From Gemmatimonadota bacterium (lineage in GTDB: Bacteria > Latescibacterota > UBA2968 > UBA8231): a stretch of 60,158 bases of DNA. Shown piece after piece: positions 1 to 8,935 of the stretch. Both the position numbers and the translations under genes were made by a program. The notes beneath the pieces are model-generated. The model saw only the letters and a list, made by a program, of their open reading frames with translations. It made no database searches and had not been told where the DNA came from. The stretch is from NCBI GenBank assembly GCA_038153405.1, contig JAYOYH010000026.1, positions 1-60,158 of the forward strand, written 5' to 3'. Position 1 is the first letter of the stretch, and every line of letters begins with the position of its first letter.

Positions 1-2
1 CG

Positions 3-548
3 GTCGGCATTGAAAACCATCAGGACGTCTGCTCGTGGGAGCTGCTCGAACTGTGTGAGCGCGTCGGCAGCCCGCAGCTCGGCGTGACGATGGACGTAGC
101 CAATGCGCTAGCTGTCGGCGAGACGCCGGCCGCCTTTGCCAAGCGCGTCATGCCCATCCTCAAGCACGTGCACTTTAAAGACTATACGATCCATTCGACG
201 CCGTCCGGCTACCGCCTCAAGCGCTGTGCGCTGGGCACCGGGGTGGTCGACTGGCCACAAATGGTCGCCCTCTTTGACGCGGGCGCGCCCAACGTGCAGG
301 GCTGTATTGAATTAGGGGCCTCGCAGGCGCGCCACATTCGCATCCTCGAAAACGACTATTGGGCAACCTACGCGCCGCGGCCGCAGGACGAAGTGCTCAA
401 CGCCATCCGCACCCTGCACGGAGCGGCGCGACCGGCCGACGAAGACTGGCGCACGCCGCACGAGCGCGAAGAGAGCGCCGATGCGCGCGCCGACTACGAG
501 CTCGACCAGTTCGCGCGCTCGGTCACCTACATTAAAGAAAACCTATGA
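3..548 (+). CDS. sugar phosphate isomerase/epimerase (xylose isomerase-like TIM barrel), 5' truncated
   Basis: Frame is open from the window edge: VGIENHQD...LGVTMDVAN...HVHFKD...LGTGVVDW...CIELG, the AP_endonuc_2 metal motifs. Confidence 0.85.
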   Translation, partial: VGIENHQDVCSWELLELCERVGSPQLGVTMDVANALAVGETPAAFAKRVMPILKHVHFKDYTIHSTPSGYRLKRCALGTGVVDWPQMVALFDAGAPNVQGCIELGASQARHIRILENDYWATYAPRPQDEVLNAIRTLHGAARPADEDWRTPHEREESADARADYELDQFARSVTYIKENL

Positions 549-913
549 GCGCACCCTTCTTTGCCATAGGCAGCGCGCTGGCCCTGCTATCGGTAGCCGC
601 CGGTGCCTTCGGTGGCCATATGCTCAAACAACGGTTAACCGCCGATTTATTTGACATATTTGAAGTCGGGGCGCGCTACCACATGTATCACGCCCTCGCG
701 CTGCTGGCCACCGCTTGGGCCTGCTCCCAGTGGCCCGGCGCGCTGACGACCGCCGCCGGCTGGCTCTTTGTCGCCGGCATCGCCCTCTTTTCTGGCAGCC
801 TCTACGTGCTCAGCCTCAGCGGCGTGCGCTGGCTCGGCGCCGTCACGCCCTTGGGCGGCCTGTGCTTTATGGCCGGCTGGCTGTGCTTGGGACTGGCCGC
901 CTGGCGCAGCTAG
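545..913 (+). CDS. DUF423 (YgdD/YwdK-like) small membrane protein
   Basis: GAFGGH, RYHMYHAL, LFSGSLY, GAVTPLGG motifs; four hydrophobic segments; ATGA overlap with the upstream stop. Confidence 0.9.
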   Translation: MSAPFFAIGSALALLSVAAGAFGGHMLKQRLTADLFDIFEVGARYHMYHALALLATAWACSQWPGALTTAAGWLFVAGIALFSGSLYVLSLSGVRWLGAVTPLGGLCFMAGWLCLGLAAWRS

Positions 914-2124
914 CCCTCCCGACCGCGAAACAGCGCGCTAAAAACTAGGGCGAAAAGCAAGGAGGCCAGCGCCGGGATGAGAAAGATCCACGTCCACGCA
1001 TGGACGCCTGCCGTGAGGATAAAGTAGTCGTAGACCCGCCCGGCCAGCACGTGTCCGCACAGCGGCCCCACCCCGCGCAGCACCAGCACTAGCAGCCCCT
1101 GCGCTTGGGCGCGCATATCGGGCGGACTCAGGCGCTCAATGGCCACCATCGACGCGACGATAAAGCAGACGATGTAGAGCGCGTTAAGCCCTTGGGCCAC
1201 GACGAGCAACCACAGCGGATCGCCCCACGCCAACATGCCGGCGCGCACGCCCTGCGCCACCACGCCCAGCAAAATCACCCGCTTCAGGCCCAAGCGCGCG
1301 ATCCACGCGCCCAAAAACGGCATGATGGGAATTTCCAGCAGTTGGCCCAAACTCAGCACCCAACTGGCCGTGCTCGGCGCCAGCCCCGGTCCGCGCAGCG
1401 CATCCGTGAAAAAGATAAAGGCGAAGTTTTGCGAGAACGGACTCAGCGCCGCCACGCAGAACGTCGTCGCCATCAGCACGGCCACGTCGCGCTGGCGCAG
1501 CAGCACAAAGGCCTCTAAGAAGACCAGCGGCGAACGGGTACGACGCACCGGCGGCGTGGCGGGCAGGAAAAAGCAGTAGACGCCCATCAGCAGCGAGAGT
1601 CCGGCGGCCATCAGCAGTCCGTCACCCAAGTGGCTGGCGCCCGGATCCCACGATTCCCACAGGCGCAGATACAGGCTCAGCACCCAGCTGATACTCACCC
1701 AGCCAATGCTGCCCCACACCCGCACGCGCCCAAAGCGCTCGGAGTTGCCCAGGTGGCGAAAGGCAATGGCATTGGTCACCGCCGCCGTCGGCATGTGGAC
1801 GAGCGCAAAGCCAAAGAGCACTAGCCACAGCCAGCCAAACTCGGTCTGCTGCCAGGCCAGCCACAGCAGCGGCGCACACAGCAAATAGCACAACCCGGCA
1901 AAGATCTGTCCCGGCAAAAAGCGATCGGCCAGCCAGCCGCCAAGCAGCGGCGAAAGGATCGCTCCCAGCGAGCCCGTCGCGGCCACGTAGCTAATTTGCT
2001 CGCCAGAAAAACCCAGCGCGTGCATATGGCCCGTCAGCAGCACCACCTGCGCACCCCAAACGAGGTTCTGCAGGAAATACATGGCCGCCAGCCGTTTACT
2101 AGGCGGCCTTTCTACCCCTTCCAC
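910..2124 (-). CDS. MFS transporter, nucleoside:H+ symporter (NupG/XapB-like) family
   Basis: About 12 TM segments; LAAMYFLQ..VWG, LADRF, FGRVRVWGSIGW, SLGQLLEI, RAQAQGL. GTG start at 2124 chosen for an upstream GAGG. Confidence 0.8.
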   Translation of the reverse strand: MEGVERPPSKRLAAMYFLQNLVWGAQVVLLTGHMHALGFSGEQISYVAATGSLGAILSPLLGGWLADRFLPGQIFAGLCYLLCAPLLWLAWQQTEFGWLWLVLFGFALVHMPTAAVTNAIAFRHLGNSERFGRVRVWGSIGWVSISWVLSLYLRLWESWDPGASHLGDGLLMAAGLSLLMGVYCFFLPATPPVRRTRSPLVFLEAFVLLRQRDVAVLMATTFCVAALSPFSQNFAFIFFTDALRGPGLAPSTASWVLSLGQLLEIPIMPFLGAWIARLGLKRVILLGVVAQGVRAGMLAWGDPLWLLVVAQGLNALYIVCFIVASMVAIERLSPPDMRAQAQGLLVLVLRGVGPLCGHVLAGRVYDYFILTAGVHAWTWIFLIPALASLLFALVFSALFRGREG

Positions 2125-2202
2125 ATTGCCTCGATTGACGCAATTCGGCGTCCGTCCCCTTTTAGTAAGGGCGCTTCCGACCAGTATTTCGCGTAGAACG
2201 GC

Positions 2203-2232
2203 AGCGGGGCGCGCCATTGGGCACGCCCCGCT
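2203..2232. terminator. intergenic GC-rich hairpin (terminator or processing site)
   Basis: AGCGGGGCG (2203-2211) pairs with CGCCCCGCT (2224-2232); no U-tract follows on the transcribed (-) strand. Confidence 0.4.
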
Positions 2233-2255
2233 AAAAGCAGCTATAGCTGGCCGAC

Positions 2256-3272
2256 TCAGGCTCCTTCGAGCCCGGCCAACTGACCCGTATCTTCCAGCGC
2301 CACCACCCCGTTTTCCAAGATGCCAATGCCACCAGAAAAATGCAGGCGCATCACGTCGCCGACCTGCACGCCGTCGCTCAGATCGGCCTCGGCAAAAACG
2401 ATCGGCGTGCCCCAATAGAAGGCCAGCAGCGAGCGCGCCTCCAAGGGAATGCGGCGAAAGAGATGGCGCTCGAGGTGCAGCAAGTTGTCGGGCATATTGA
2501 GATTGTCCCGACCGGTCTTGCCCTCTTTAAAGCCAACGCGCTGACCGTTGCGCAGGATCTCACAGGACACCGTCACGTCGCCGTCGTCGTATTCGTCGGC
2601 CGTCACCAGCAGCGGACCCAGCGAGGCGCAGCCGCCGCCCCAGTTTTTGGCCTGCGGCAGGTTGAGTGGGTTGTCGGCTTCGATGCCGTTGTCCGTCACG
2701 TCGTTGCCGCCCGTATAGCCCAGTCGCTCGAGCCGTCCTCTCCTATTTACGCCATAGACGCTGACCAGCTCTGTCTCTGGCACCAGACGCACCGTATCGG
2801 CCGGACGCGTGACCGCCTGTCCGTGGCCGCGCACGGTGTCGGGCTCGCCTTTGGAAAAGAGCTCTGGCCGGCCGCCGCTCGACACTTCTCGATACTTCTG
2901 ATCGTAGACGTTTACCGCCGCACCGGTGGCCTGCTGCGCTTCGATTTCGCGCAGTTTGGCGCTCACTTCGTGCGTTACGCCGGCCAGCCACACTTTCAGC
3001 GCGTGCGGATTGTCGGACGGACCGCTGATCGGCTTGGTCAGGTGCACAGCCGACGCGTCGCGGCCCGACAGCATCTCCTGAAGGTTCAGACGGCGGGCAG
3101 CGCCGGCGGCCGCGCGCAGCTTTTCTACCGCAGCCACCAGGCCGATCTCATCGCCGCCGCCGTCGTAATAGGTTTCGTAAATGCCACCCATCCCCAGATC
3201 GATGACGTCATCGCCTTCGACAAGTCCCAGGTGCTGTCCATCCTGCGGATCGATAAATTGCAGTAGCTTCAT
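2256..3272 (-). CDS. fumarylacetoacetate hydrolase family protein (2-keto-3-deoxypentonate dehydratase-like)
   Basis: VWLAGVTH..S, RPELFSKG, VPETEL, GYTGGNDVT, IEADNPLNLPQAK, CASLGP; RBS GAGGAG. Confidence 0.75.
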   Translation of the reverse strand: MKLLQFIDPQDGQHLGLVEGDDVIDLGMGGIYETYYDGGGDEIGLVAAVEKLRAAAGAARRLNLQEMLSGRDASAVHLTKPISGPSDNPHALKVWLAGVTHEVSAKLREIEAQQATGAAVNVYDQKYREVSSGGRPELFSKGEPDTVRGHGQAVTRPADTVRLVPETELVSVYGVNRRGRLERLGYTGGNDVTDNGIEADNPLNLPQAKNWGGGCASLGPLLVTADEYDDGDVTVSCEILRNGQRVGFKEGKTGRDNLNMPDNLLHLERHLFRRIPLEARSLLAFYWGTPIVFAEADLSDGVQVGDVMRLHFSGGIGILENGVVALEDTGQLAGLEGA

Positions 3273-3311
3273 GGCTTCTCCCTCAAGTGATCAAAATGGG
3301 ATACAAGCAAA

Positions 3312-4142
3312 CTAGACGACAAAGAGTGGCTGCGTCGATGGAGCGACTAGCCCGGCGCTTTCGGCCCGCTCCATCAGATCGAAAATCGCCGCTTCACCGT
3401 CCCGCCCGTAGTCGAGCGTATACTCATTAACGTAGAGCGCAATATGCGCCTGCATAACTTCTTCGTCCATCTCCTGGGCGTGGGCGCGGATATAGTCGCG
3501 CACCGTTTCGGGATGCGCATGGGCGTATTCGACGCTGGCGCGCAGAGCGCGATCAAACGCTTCGATGCGCGCGCCCCCCAGTGCGCGCCGCGCCAAAATG
3601 CCACCCAGCGGAATGGGGTGGCCGGTGCTCTCCTCCCACCATTCGCCCAGATCGATCACCTTGTGCAGGCCGTGCTGCGGATAGGTAAAGCGGCTTTCGT
3701 GAATGATCAGTCCGGCGTCGACGCGCCCCGCTTCAGCCGCCTCCATAATTTCGTGAAAGGGCATGACGACTAGGTCTCGGATCTCCCGATCGAAAAGCTG
3801 CAGCAGCAGCGCAGCCGTCGTCATTTTGCCGGGGATGGCAATGCGCTTGCCGCGCAGGCCGTCGGGAGCGATCATCTCACGCGCCACCACCAGCGGTCCG
3901 CAGCCGCGCCCCAGCGCGCCGCCGGCGTGCAGCAGACAGTAGGACTCGCGCAGATGGGCCAGCGCGTGAAAGGAAATTTTCGTCGCGTCGAGCTGGCCAC
4001 CCAACGCCATGCTATTGAGCGTCTCGATGTCTTCGAGCACCTCGCGCACGGCCGGCGCTCCCCGCAGGCGTCCGTGCACCAGCGCGTAAAAGATAAAGGT
4101 GTCGTTTGGACAGGGTGAATACCCTAAAGAGAGTGGCTCCAT
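3312..4142 (-). CDS. mqnD: 1,4-dihydroxy-6-naphthoate synthase (futalosine pathway)
   Basis: LGYSPCPNDTFIFYAL, DIETLN, GGALGRGCGPL, IIHESRFTY, DLGEWWE, PIPLGGI, HIALYVN. Confidence 0.93.
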   Translation of the reverse strand: MEPLSLGYSPCPNDTFIFYALVHGRLRGAPAVREVLEDIETLNSMALGGQLDATKISFHALAHLRESYCLLHAGGALGRGCGPLVVAREMIAPDGLRGKRIAIPGKMTTAALLLQLFDREIRDLVVMPFHEIMEAAEAGRVDAGLIIHESRFTYPQHGLHKVIDLGEWWEESTGHPIPLGGILARRALGGARIEAFDRALRASVEYAHAHPETVRDYIRAHAQEMDEEVMQAHIALYVNEYTLDYGRDGEAAIFDLMERAESAGLVAPSTQPLFVV

Positions 4143-4149
4143 AGCGGCT

Positions 4150-4893
4150 TCAGCCTCCGCTTTCGTCCAGTAAAAAGAGTGCCGCCTCCTGCGCGCGGCG
4201 ACAGGCCAGCGGCAGTTCCCACGCGTCGCGATCGCGCCGCGCGGCGATATTGCTGATGGCGCGCACTTCGACAAAGTCCACGCCGTAAAGCGCGCACAGA
4301 TGGGCCGCGGCCGCACCTTCCATATTTTCGCACAGCGCCCCAAAGTGCTGGCCGCGCTGCCGTCCGAGATCGTCGGTGCCCGTACACTCCTGCACCGTCA
4401 CAAAAGGACCCGCTTCAGCGCGCCACGAGCCGCTCAGTCGCGCTGCCATGCTCTCTGCGCGCGCGGCATTGAGCGCAAAGCGATTGAAGTAGGTGCACTC
4501 GTCGCCCTCGGCCGCCCCTACCCGCAGCAGCGGTATGCCAATGGTCTCGCGCACGCCCTGCCAGCCATCGTCGGTGCGCACGCCGACGTCGGCGTAGTGC
4601 TCTTCGCTGGCCACTGCCAGATCACCGGGCACCAGACCGCTCTGCGCATAGGCGCCGCCCACGCCAATCTGCCAGACCTCGCTCGGGGCGTGCGCCTGCA
4701 GCACACAGGTCAGCGCGTGGGCGCAGTTGACCGCACCCATGCCCGTCTCGACCAGCAGTACCGAATAGGCGCCCAGCTGCCCTGCATGCCAAGGACGCCC
4801 AGCGACCTCGGTCTGCACCGGCGCGTTCAGCGCTTTGCGCAGCGCGTCCTGCTCAAAGGGCGTCGCTGTCAGGATGGCCCGATCTACAGCCAT
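4150..4893 (-). CDS. mqnB: futalosine hydrolase
   Basis: PNP/UDP fold motifs (TGMGAVN, IGVGGAY, TVQECTG, ENMEGAAAAH, EVRAISN..RRDRDAW); directly upstream of mqnD. Confidence 0.88.
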   Translation of the reverse strand: MAVDRAILTATPFEQDALRKALNAPVQTEVAGRPWHAGQLGAYSVLLVETGMGAVNCAHALTCVLQAHAPSEVWQIGVGGAYAQSGLVPGDLAVASEEHYADVGVRTDDGWQGVRETIGIPLLRVGAAEGDECTYFNRFALNAARAESMAARLSGSWRAEAGPFVTVQECTGTDDLGRQRGQHFGALCENMEGAAAAHLCALYGVDFVEVRAISNIAARRDRDAWELPLACRRAQEAALFLLDESGG

Positions 4894-4904
4894 TGCGCCT
4901 ATAG

Positions 4905-4933
4905 AAAACGGCCGGAGCGCACGTCTCCGGCCG
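4905..4933 (-). terminator. intrinsic terminator after the MDR dehydrogenase
   Basis: 9-bp stem CGGCCGGAG/CTCCGGCCG followed by TTTTCTAT on the - strand. Confidence 0.6.
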
Positions 4934-4960
4934 CCGAGCGCATTCGGTTATACGCCATAC

Positions 4961-5935
4961 TTAAAATTCCAATACGATTTTGAGTGCCTCGTCGGCGACC
5001 GGCTTGTCGACGGCCAGCTCGAAGCCGCGCTGAATTTCGGCAAAGGGCAGCACGTGCGAAATAAGCGGGCTCACATCCAGGCGCCCCTGCACAATCCAGT
5101 CGAGCGCCAGCGCGTAGTCGGCATAGGGATGGTCGCCGTAGTTAACGGAGAGGACGAGTTTGAGCTCGCGGCGCTGCATCTCCATCATCGGCAGCTTGAT
5201 AACGCCCTCGTGATTTTCCTTATCGGGCACGCCAAAGCACACGATGGTGGAAAAGCGATGCGTCAGATCGAGGCACTGACCGTAGGTATCTTCGCCGCCG
5301 ACGACTTCGATCACCACATCGGCCATGGCGCCATCGGTTATATCGCGCACCGCCTCAACGACGCTTACGGCATCTGGGTTTACCGCGTGCGTCGCGCCCA
5401 TGCGCCGCGATACATCCAGCCGATAATCGAGCGGATCGACGGCGATGATCTGTTTGGCACCGAGGTTGCGCAGCACGCCGGTAAAAAGCTGGCCGGCCGG
5501 TCCCTGTCCGAGCACCACGACCTTCTGGTCGAGCAGGTTGCCCAACTTGCGAAAGCAGCGAAGCACCGTGCCGAGCAGCTGACTCATCAGCACCTTTTCG
5601 CGCGGCTGGTCCATCGGCAAGAGCAGCAGTCCGCTGTCGCGCGTCGGCACGTACTCCTGAAACAGACCGCGCTCGCGGTCAAAGCCCCACAGCAGGACGC
5701 GGGCCCCTTCGGCATAGGTGCCGCTCTCGCACTCCTCGACAATGCCGATACCCTCGTGCCCCGATCCACCTGTCAGCAGGGGATATTCCGGACATACACC
5801 GCAGTAATCTGGAAAGTCGCTGCCGCAGATGGCTACCTGCTCCATGCGCACCAACATCTGCCCCGCGCCGGCCCGCGGCTTGTCCAACTCTAGTACCTCC
5901 CATTGGAGAGGTGCTTTTACGCGCGCTCCCTTCAT
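4961..5935 (-). CDS. zinc-dependent medium-chain alcohol/polyol dehydrogenase
   Basis: AICGSD and GHEGIG catalytic Zn motifs, GQGPAG Rossmann motif; no structural-Zn lobe. Confidence 0.88.
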   Translation of the reverse strand: MKGARVKAPLQWEVLELDKPRAGAGQMLVRMEQVAICGSDFPDYCGVCPEYPLLTGGSGHEGIGIVEECESGTYAEGARVLLWGFDRERGLFQEYVPTRDSGLLLLPMDQPREKVLMSQLLGTVLRCFRKLGNLLDQKVVVLGQGPAGQLFTGVLRNLGAKQIIAVDPLDYRLDVSRRMGATHAVNPDAVSVVEAVRDITDGAMADVVIEVVGGEDTYGQCLDLTHRFSTIVCFGVPDKENHEGVIKLPMMEMQRRELKLVLSVNYGDHPYADYALALDWIVQGRLDVSPLISHVLPFAEIQRGFELAVDKPVADEALKIVLEF

Positions 5936-7248
5936 CGTCTCATCCGCTCCGTTCGCTCGCCGCGCTCTTGGACGTCGGCCATGATTTCTTCGATATCTAC
6001 ACCCAGTTTATCCGGGTCCAATACATGCGTAATTTCGCGCCCATCCGACTGCGATCGCAGCGCTAAGTTGACGATGAACGGCGCAGGGCGCGCCTTTTTG
6101 CTCGGCTGCGTCAACAGCGCCACTACCGGCTTGCGCGAATCGCCGGGATTAGGCTCGTACACCACGCCCTGTTCGCCGGTATTGAGCTCAATGTACGAGC
6201 CCACCGGATAGAGCCCCAGCGTTTTGACGAATAGATCGACGGCGTGCGTGTCAAACTCTGTGCCCTTGTTGTTGTGAATGCGCAGCAGCGCTTGATACAT
6301 GGGCATTGCCGGCTTGTACACCCGCTTGGCTGTCAGCGCATCATAGACGTCAGCCACGGCCGTCAGGCGCGCATAGTAGTGAATCTGGTCGCCGGCTAGA
6401 CCCTTGGGATACCCGCTGCCGTCCATCATCTCGTGGTGCTGTTCGGCGATGGCGATCTGGTCATCGCTGAACGAACCATCCTCGCGCATGATATCGCCGC
6501 TGTGCAGGGCGTGCTTGCGCATTTCCTGCAACTCGTGCGGCTCGAAGCGCCCGGGTTTGTTGAGGACTTCGAGAGGAACGCGCGTCTTGCCCACGTCGTG
6601 CAGCAGCACCGCCGTGGTGACTAGCGGCAGCAGGCCGGGATCGGTTCCGTCGTGCATGGCCATGGCCGTGACCAGCGTGCAGACGTTCATACAGTGCATC
6701 GCCGTGTAGGGATCGTGCTTCTTTATGCGCGTCAAACTGACCATCGCATCGACGTTGCGCAAAATGCTCTCGGAGATAACGGTGCCCGCTTCCTGCACCT
6801 TACCAACGTCCATTTCCTTGCCGTCGGCAATGTCGCTTAGCGCGCTCGTCAGCGTATCCGCCGTCTCGTCGCGCACCGCCTTGGCCTGTTCGAGTTCTTC
6901 GTCAAAATGGACCAGACGCCCATCGGGCGGCGGCTTGCGATTGGGATCGGTCAGCGGCTTGACATCGGATGGCAGATCGCTGCCCTTCTCCGTATCGATA
7001 GACACCGTCGATAGCCCCATCGATCGCAGGCGTTCGACCATGCTATCGCTGGCGATGCGCAACCCGCCTTCGGTCGTTATTTTTTCGTGCATCTGCCCCG
7101 TCAGACGCGCGCGCTTATTCGGTCGACCACCCACCGAGTTGAGCGCGCACAAGTACCTGACTTCCTCGCCATTGACGACTTCGGTCGTCGCTTTGGCTTC
7201 GAGAAACATCCCCACTTGCAAATGGTCTATCGATATCAGTTTTTTCAT
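5932..7248 (-). CDS. HD-GYP domain cyclic di-GMP phosphodiesterase with DUF3391-like N-terminus
   Basis: YTAMHC, LLHDVGK, HHEMMDGSGYP, ADVYDALT..RVYK, LGLYPVGS; N-terminal LQVGMF. Confidence 0.9.
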   Translation of the reverse strand: MKKLISIDHLQVGMFLEAKATTEVVNGEEVRYLCALNSVGGRPNKRARLTGQMHEKITTEGGLRIASDSMVERLRSMGLSTVSIDTEKGSDLPSDVKPLTDPNRKPPPDGRLVHFDEELEQAKAVRDETADTLTSALSDIADGKEMDVGKVQEAGTVISESILRNVDAMVSLTRIKKHDPYTAMHCMNVCTLVTAMAMHDGTDPGLLPLVTTAVLLHDVGKTRVPLEVLNKPGRFEPHELQEMRKHALHSGDIMREDGSFSDDQIAIAEQHHEMMDGSGYPKGLAGDQIHYYARLTAVADVYDALTAKRVYKPAMPMYQALLRIHNNKGTEFDTHAVDLFVKTLGLYPVGSYIELNTGEQGVVYEPNPGDSRKPVVALLTQPSKKARPAPFIVNLALRSQSDGREITHVLDPDKLGVDIEEIMADVQERGERTERMRR

Positions 7249-7352
7249 ATGCCCACTAGCAGCAGATGCTGCATCAGAGGTATAATTAGCGCCGAACTCA
7301 GCGCGCCTGTCAAGGGCGCTAAAGGGCGACTAAACACGCGCCGCTTCGCTAG

Positions 7353-7381
7353 TTGACAGCCCGGCAGACGGCGCGTACACT
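7353..7381 (+). promoter_or_regulatory. sigma-70 promoter of the NRDE operon
   Basis: TTGACA-17 bp-TACACT, 20 nt before ATG 7402. Confidence 0.75.
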
Positions 7382-7401
7382 GTCGGCCAAAAGGTCAGCC
7401 T

Positions 7402-8124
7402 ATGTGCCTGTGCATTCTCGCACATCAGCTACACGCGACATATCCCCATATCATCGCAGCCAATCGCGAGGAACGCTATGATCGACCCACCGACCCACCG
7501 GGCTGGGAGAACGGCGTTTTTGCCGGGCGCGATCGCAGCGGCGGCGGCACCTGGCAGGGCGTTAATCGCGCAGGCATGCACGTGGCCCTAACGAATCGAC
7601 GCAGCGCAGTGCGCGATCCCAAGCGCCGTTCGCGCGGCCTCCTGTGCACCGACGCCCTGCGCCTCACGTCGGCACGCGCCGCCTGCGACTGGCTGCTCGA
7701 CCACCTACTGCACATTCCCTACAACGCCTGCAACGTGCTCCTATCCGACGGCTTCGATGCGTTCTGCGTGCACTACGACGGCGCCAGCGCCCGCCCCGAG
7801 ACGCTTGCGCCCGGACTGCACCTGCTCTGCGAGACGGAGGTAGACGACCCGCAGCATCCGCGCATACGGCACGCGCGCCAGGCGCTGGCAGCGCCGCGCG
7901 CACCGTGGTCTTCACTGCACCTCGAGTTGGCCGAGCTCATGGCAGAGCACAGCGATGCCGACGACGGGATCTGCCTGCACGGCACGCGCGGTGGCACGCG
8001 CTCTTCGGCACTGATCGCCCTCGGCGCGCGCACGTTAGACGACGCGCGGTTTCACTACGCCGACGGCCCGCCCTGCACGGCGCCCTATGCCGACCTCTCA
8101 TCCCACCTACAGCAGCCAATTTGA
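7402..8124 (+). CDS. NRDE (TANGO2-like) family protein
   Basis: MC N-terminus, AANREERYDRPT, AGRD..GGGTW.GVN, ALTNR, RSRGLL, GTRSS, YADGPPC. Confidence 0.88.
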   Translation: MCLCILAHQLHATYPHIIAANREERYDRPTDPPGWENGVFAGRDRSGGGTWQGVNRAGMHVALTNRRSAVRDPKRRSRGLLCTDALRLTSARAACDWLLDHLLHIPYNACNVLLSDGFDAFCVHYDGASARPETLAPGLHLLCETEVDDPQHPRIRHARQALAAPRAPWSSLHLELAELMAEHSDADDGICLHGTRGGTRSSALIALGARTLDDARFHYADGPPCTAPYADLSSHLQQPI

Positions 8125-8131
8125 GGAGACT

Positions 8132-8935
8132 ATGAACGAACGCGAGAAATATCTCTTCGACCTTCAGGGATATATCGTGCTGGAAGACGTGCTCTCGGCG
8201 GTGCAGTTGGCAGCCTGCAACGACGCCATCGATGCGCACATGACCTCCATTCGCCGGCGCAGCGGCAACGACCTGCTATCGGGCGGTTCCAATGCGCTCA
8301 AGGGCGAGCAGGGACGCGGCGATATTGGCGGCATGCTGAGCTGGCCGCAGCCACACGGCCAGATCTGGCGCGAGTTATTGGTGCATCCGCGCGTCGTCGA
8401 AGTGCTGCGCGAAATCCTCGACGACGGCTTTCGCCTCGACCATCTCTACGGCATCCTGATGACGGCCGGCACCGAGGGGCACGTGCTGCACGGCGGCGGG
8501 CACACCGCTAATCCAACGCACTACTACCGCTTTCGCAACGGACAGATGCGCTGCGGGTTAACCGTCGTGTCCTACGTGCTGACGGACCAAGGACCGGACG
8601 ACGGTGGCTTTGCCTGCGTGCCCGGCAGCCACAAGTCCAATTACGCAACGCCAAACGCGCTGCGCCGTCTCGAAGACGATATGGGCTGCGTCGTCCAGCC
8701 GGTGGCGCGAGCCGGTTCGGCCATCGTCTTTACCGAAGCGCTCACCCATGGAACGCTGCCGTGGAACGCTGCACACGAGCGGCGGTCCATGCTCTATAAG
8801 TATTCTCCGGGATCCATTAGCTACTCCAATCGCTATCTGCCCGGCGGTGTCGAGGATATGCTAGAGGAGTTTACGCCAGCACAGCGCGCCGTGCTGGAAC
8901 CGCCCTACCATCCGGGCCGACCGCGCATCGAGTAA
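8132..8935 (+). CDS. PhyH-family Fe(II)/2OG oxygenase with HxG motif
   Basis: YLFDLQGYIVL, VLHGG, DGGFACVPGSHKS, FTEALTHG, RRSMLYKY; RBS GAGGAG. Confidence 0.85.
   Translation: MNEREKYLFDLQGYIVLEDVLSAVQLAACNDAIDAHMTSIRRRSGNDLLSGGSNALKGEQGRGDIGGMLSWPQPHGQIWRELLVHPRVVEVLREILDDGFRLDHLYGILMTAGTEGHVLHGGGHTANPTHYYRFRNGQMRCGLTVVSYVLTDQGPDDGGFACVPGSHKSNYATPNALRRLEDDMGCVVQPVARAGSAIVFTEALTHGTLPWNAAHERRSMLYKYSPGSISYSNRYLPGGVEDMLEEFTPAQRAVLEPPYHPGRPRIE

Noticed and set aside
2125..2415. N-terminal extension of the MFS ORF, and similar extensions on mqnD, the serine hydrolase and creatininase 40140
   Set aside because: The extensions overlap neighbouring genes; downstream starts have RBS support and match family N-termini
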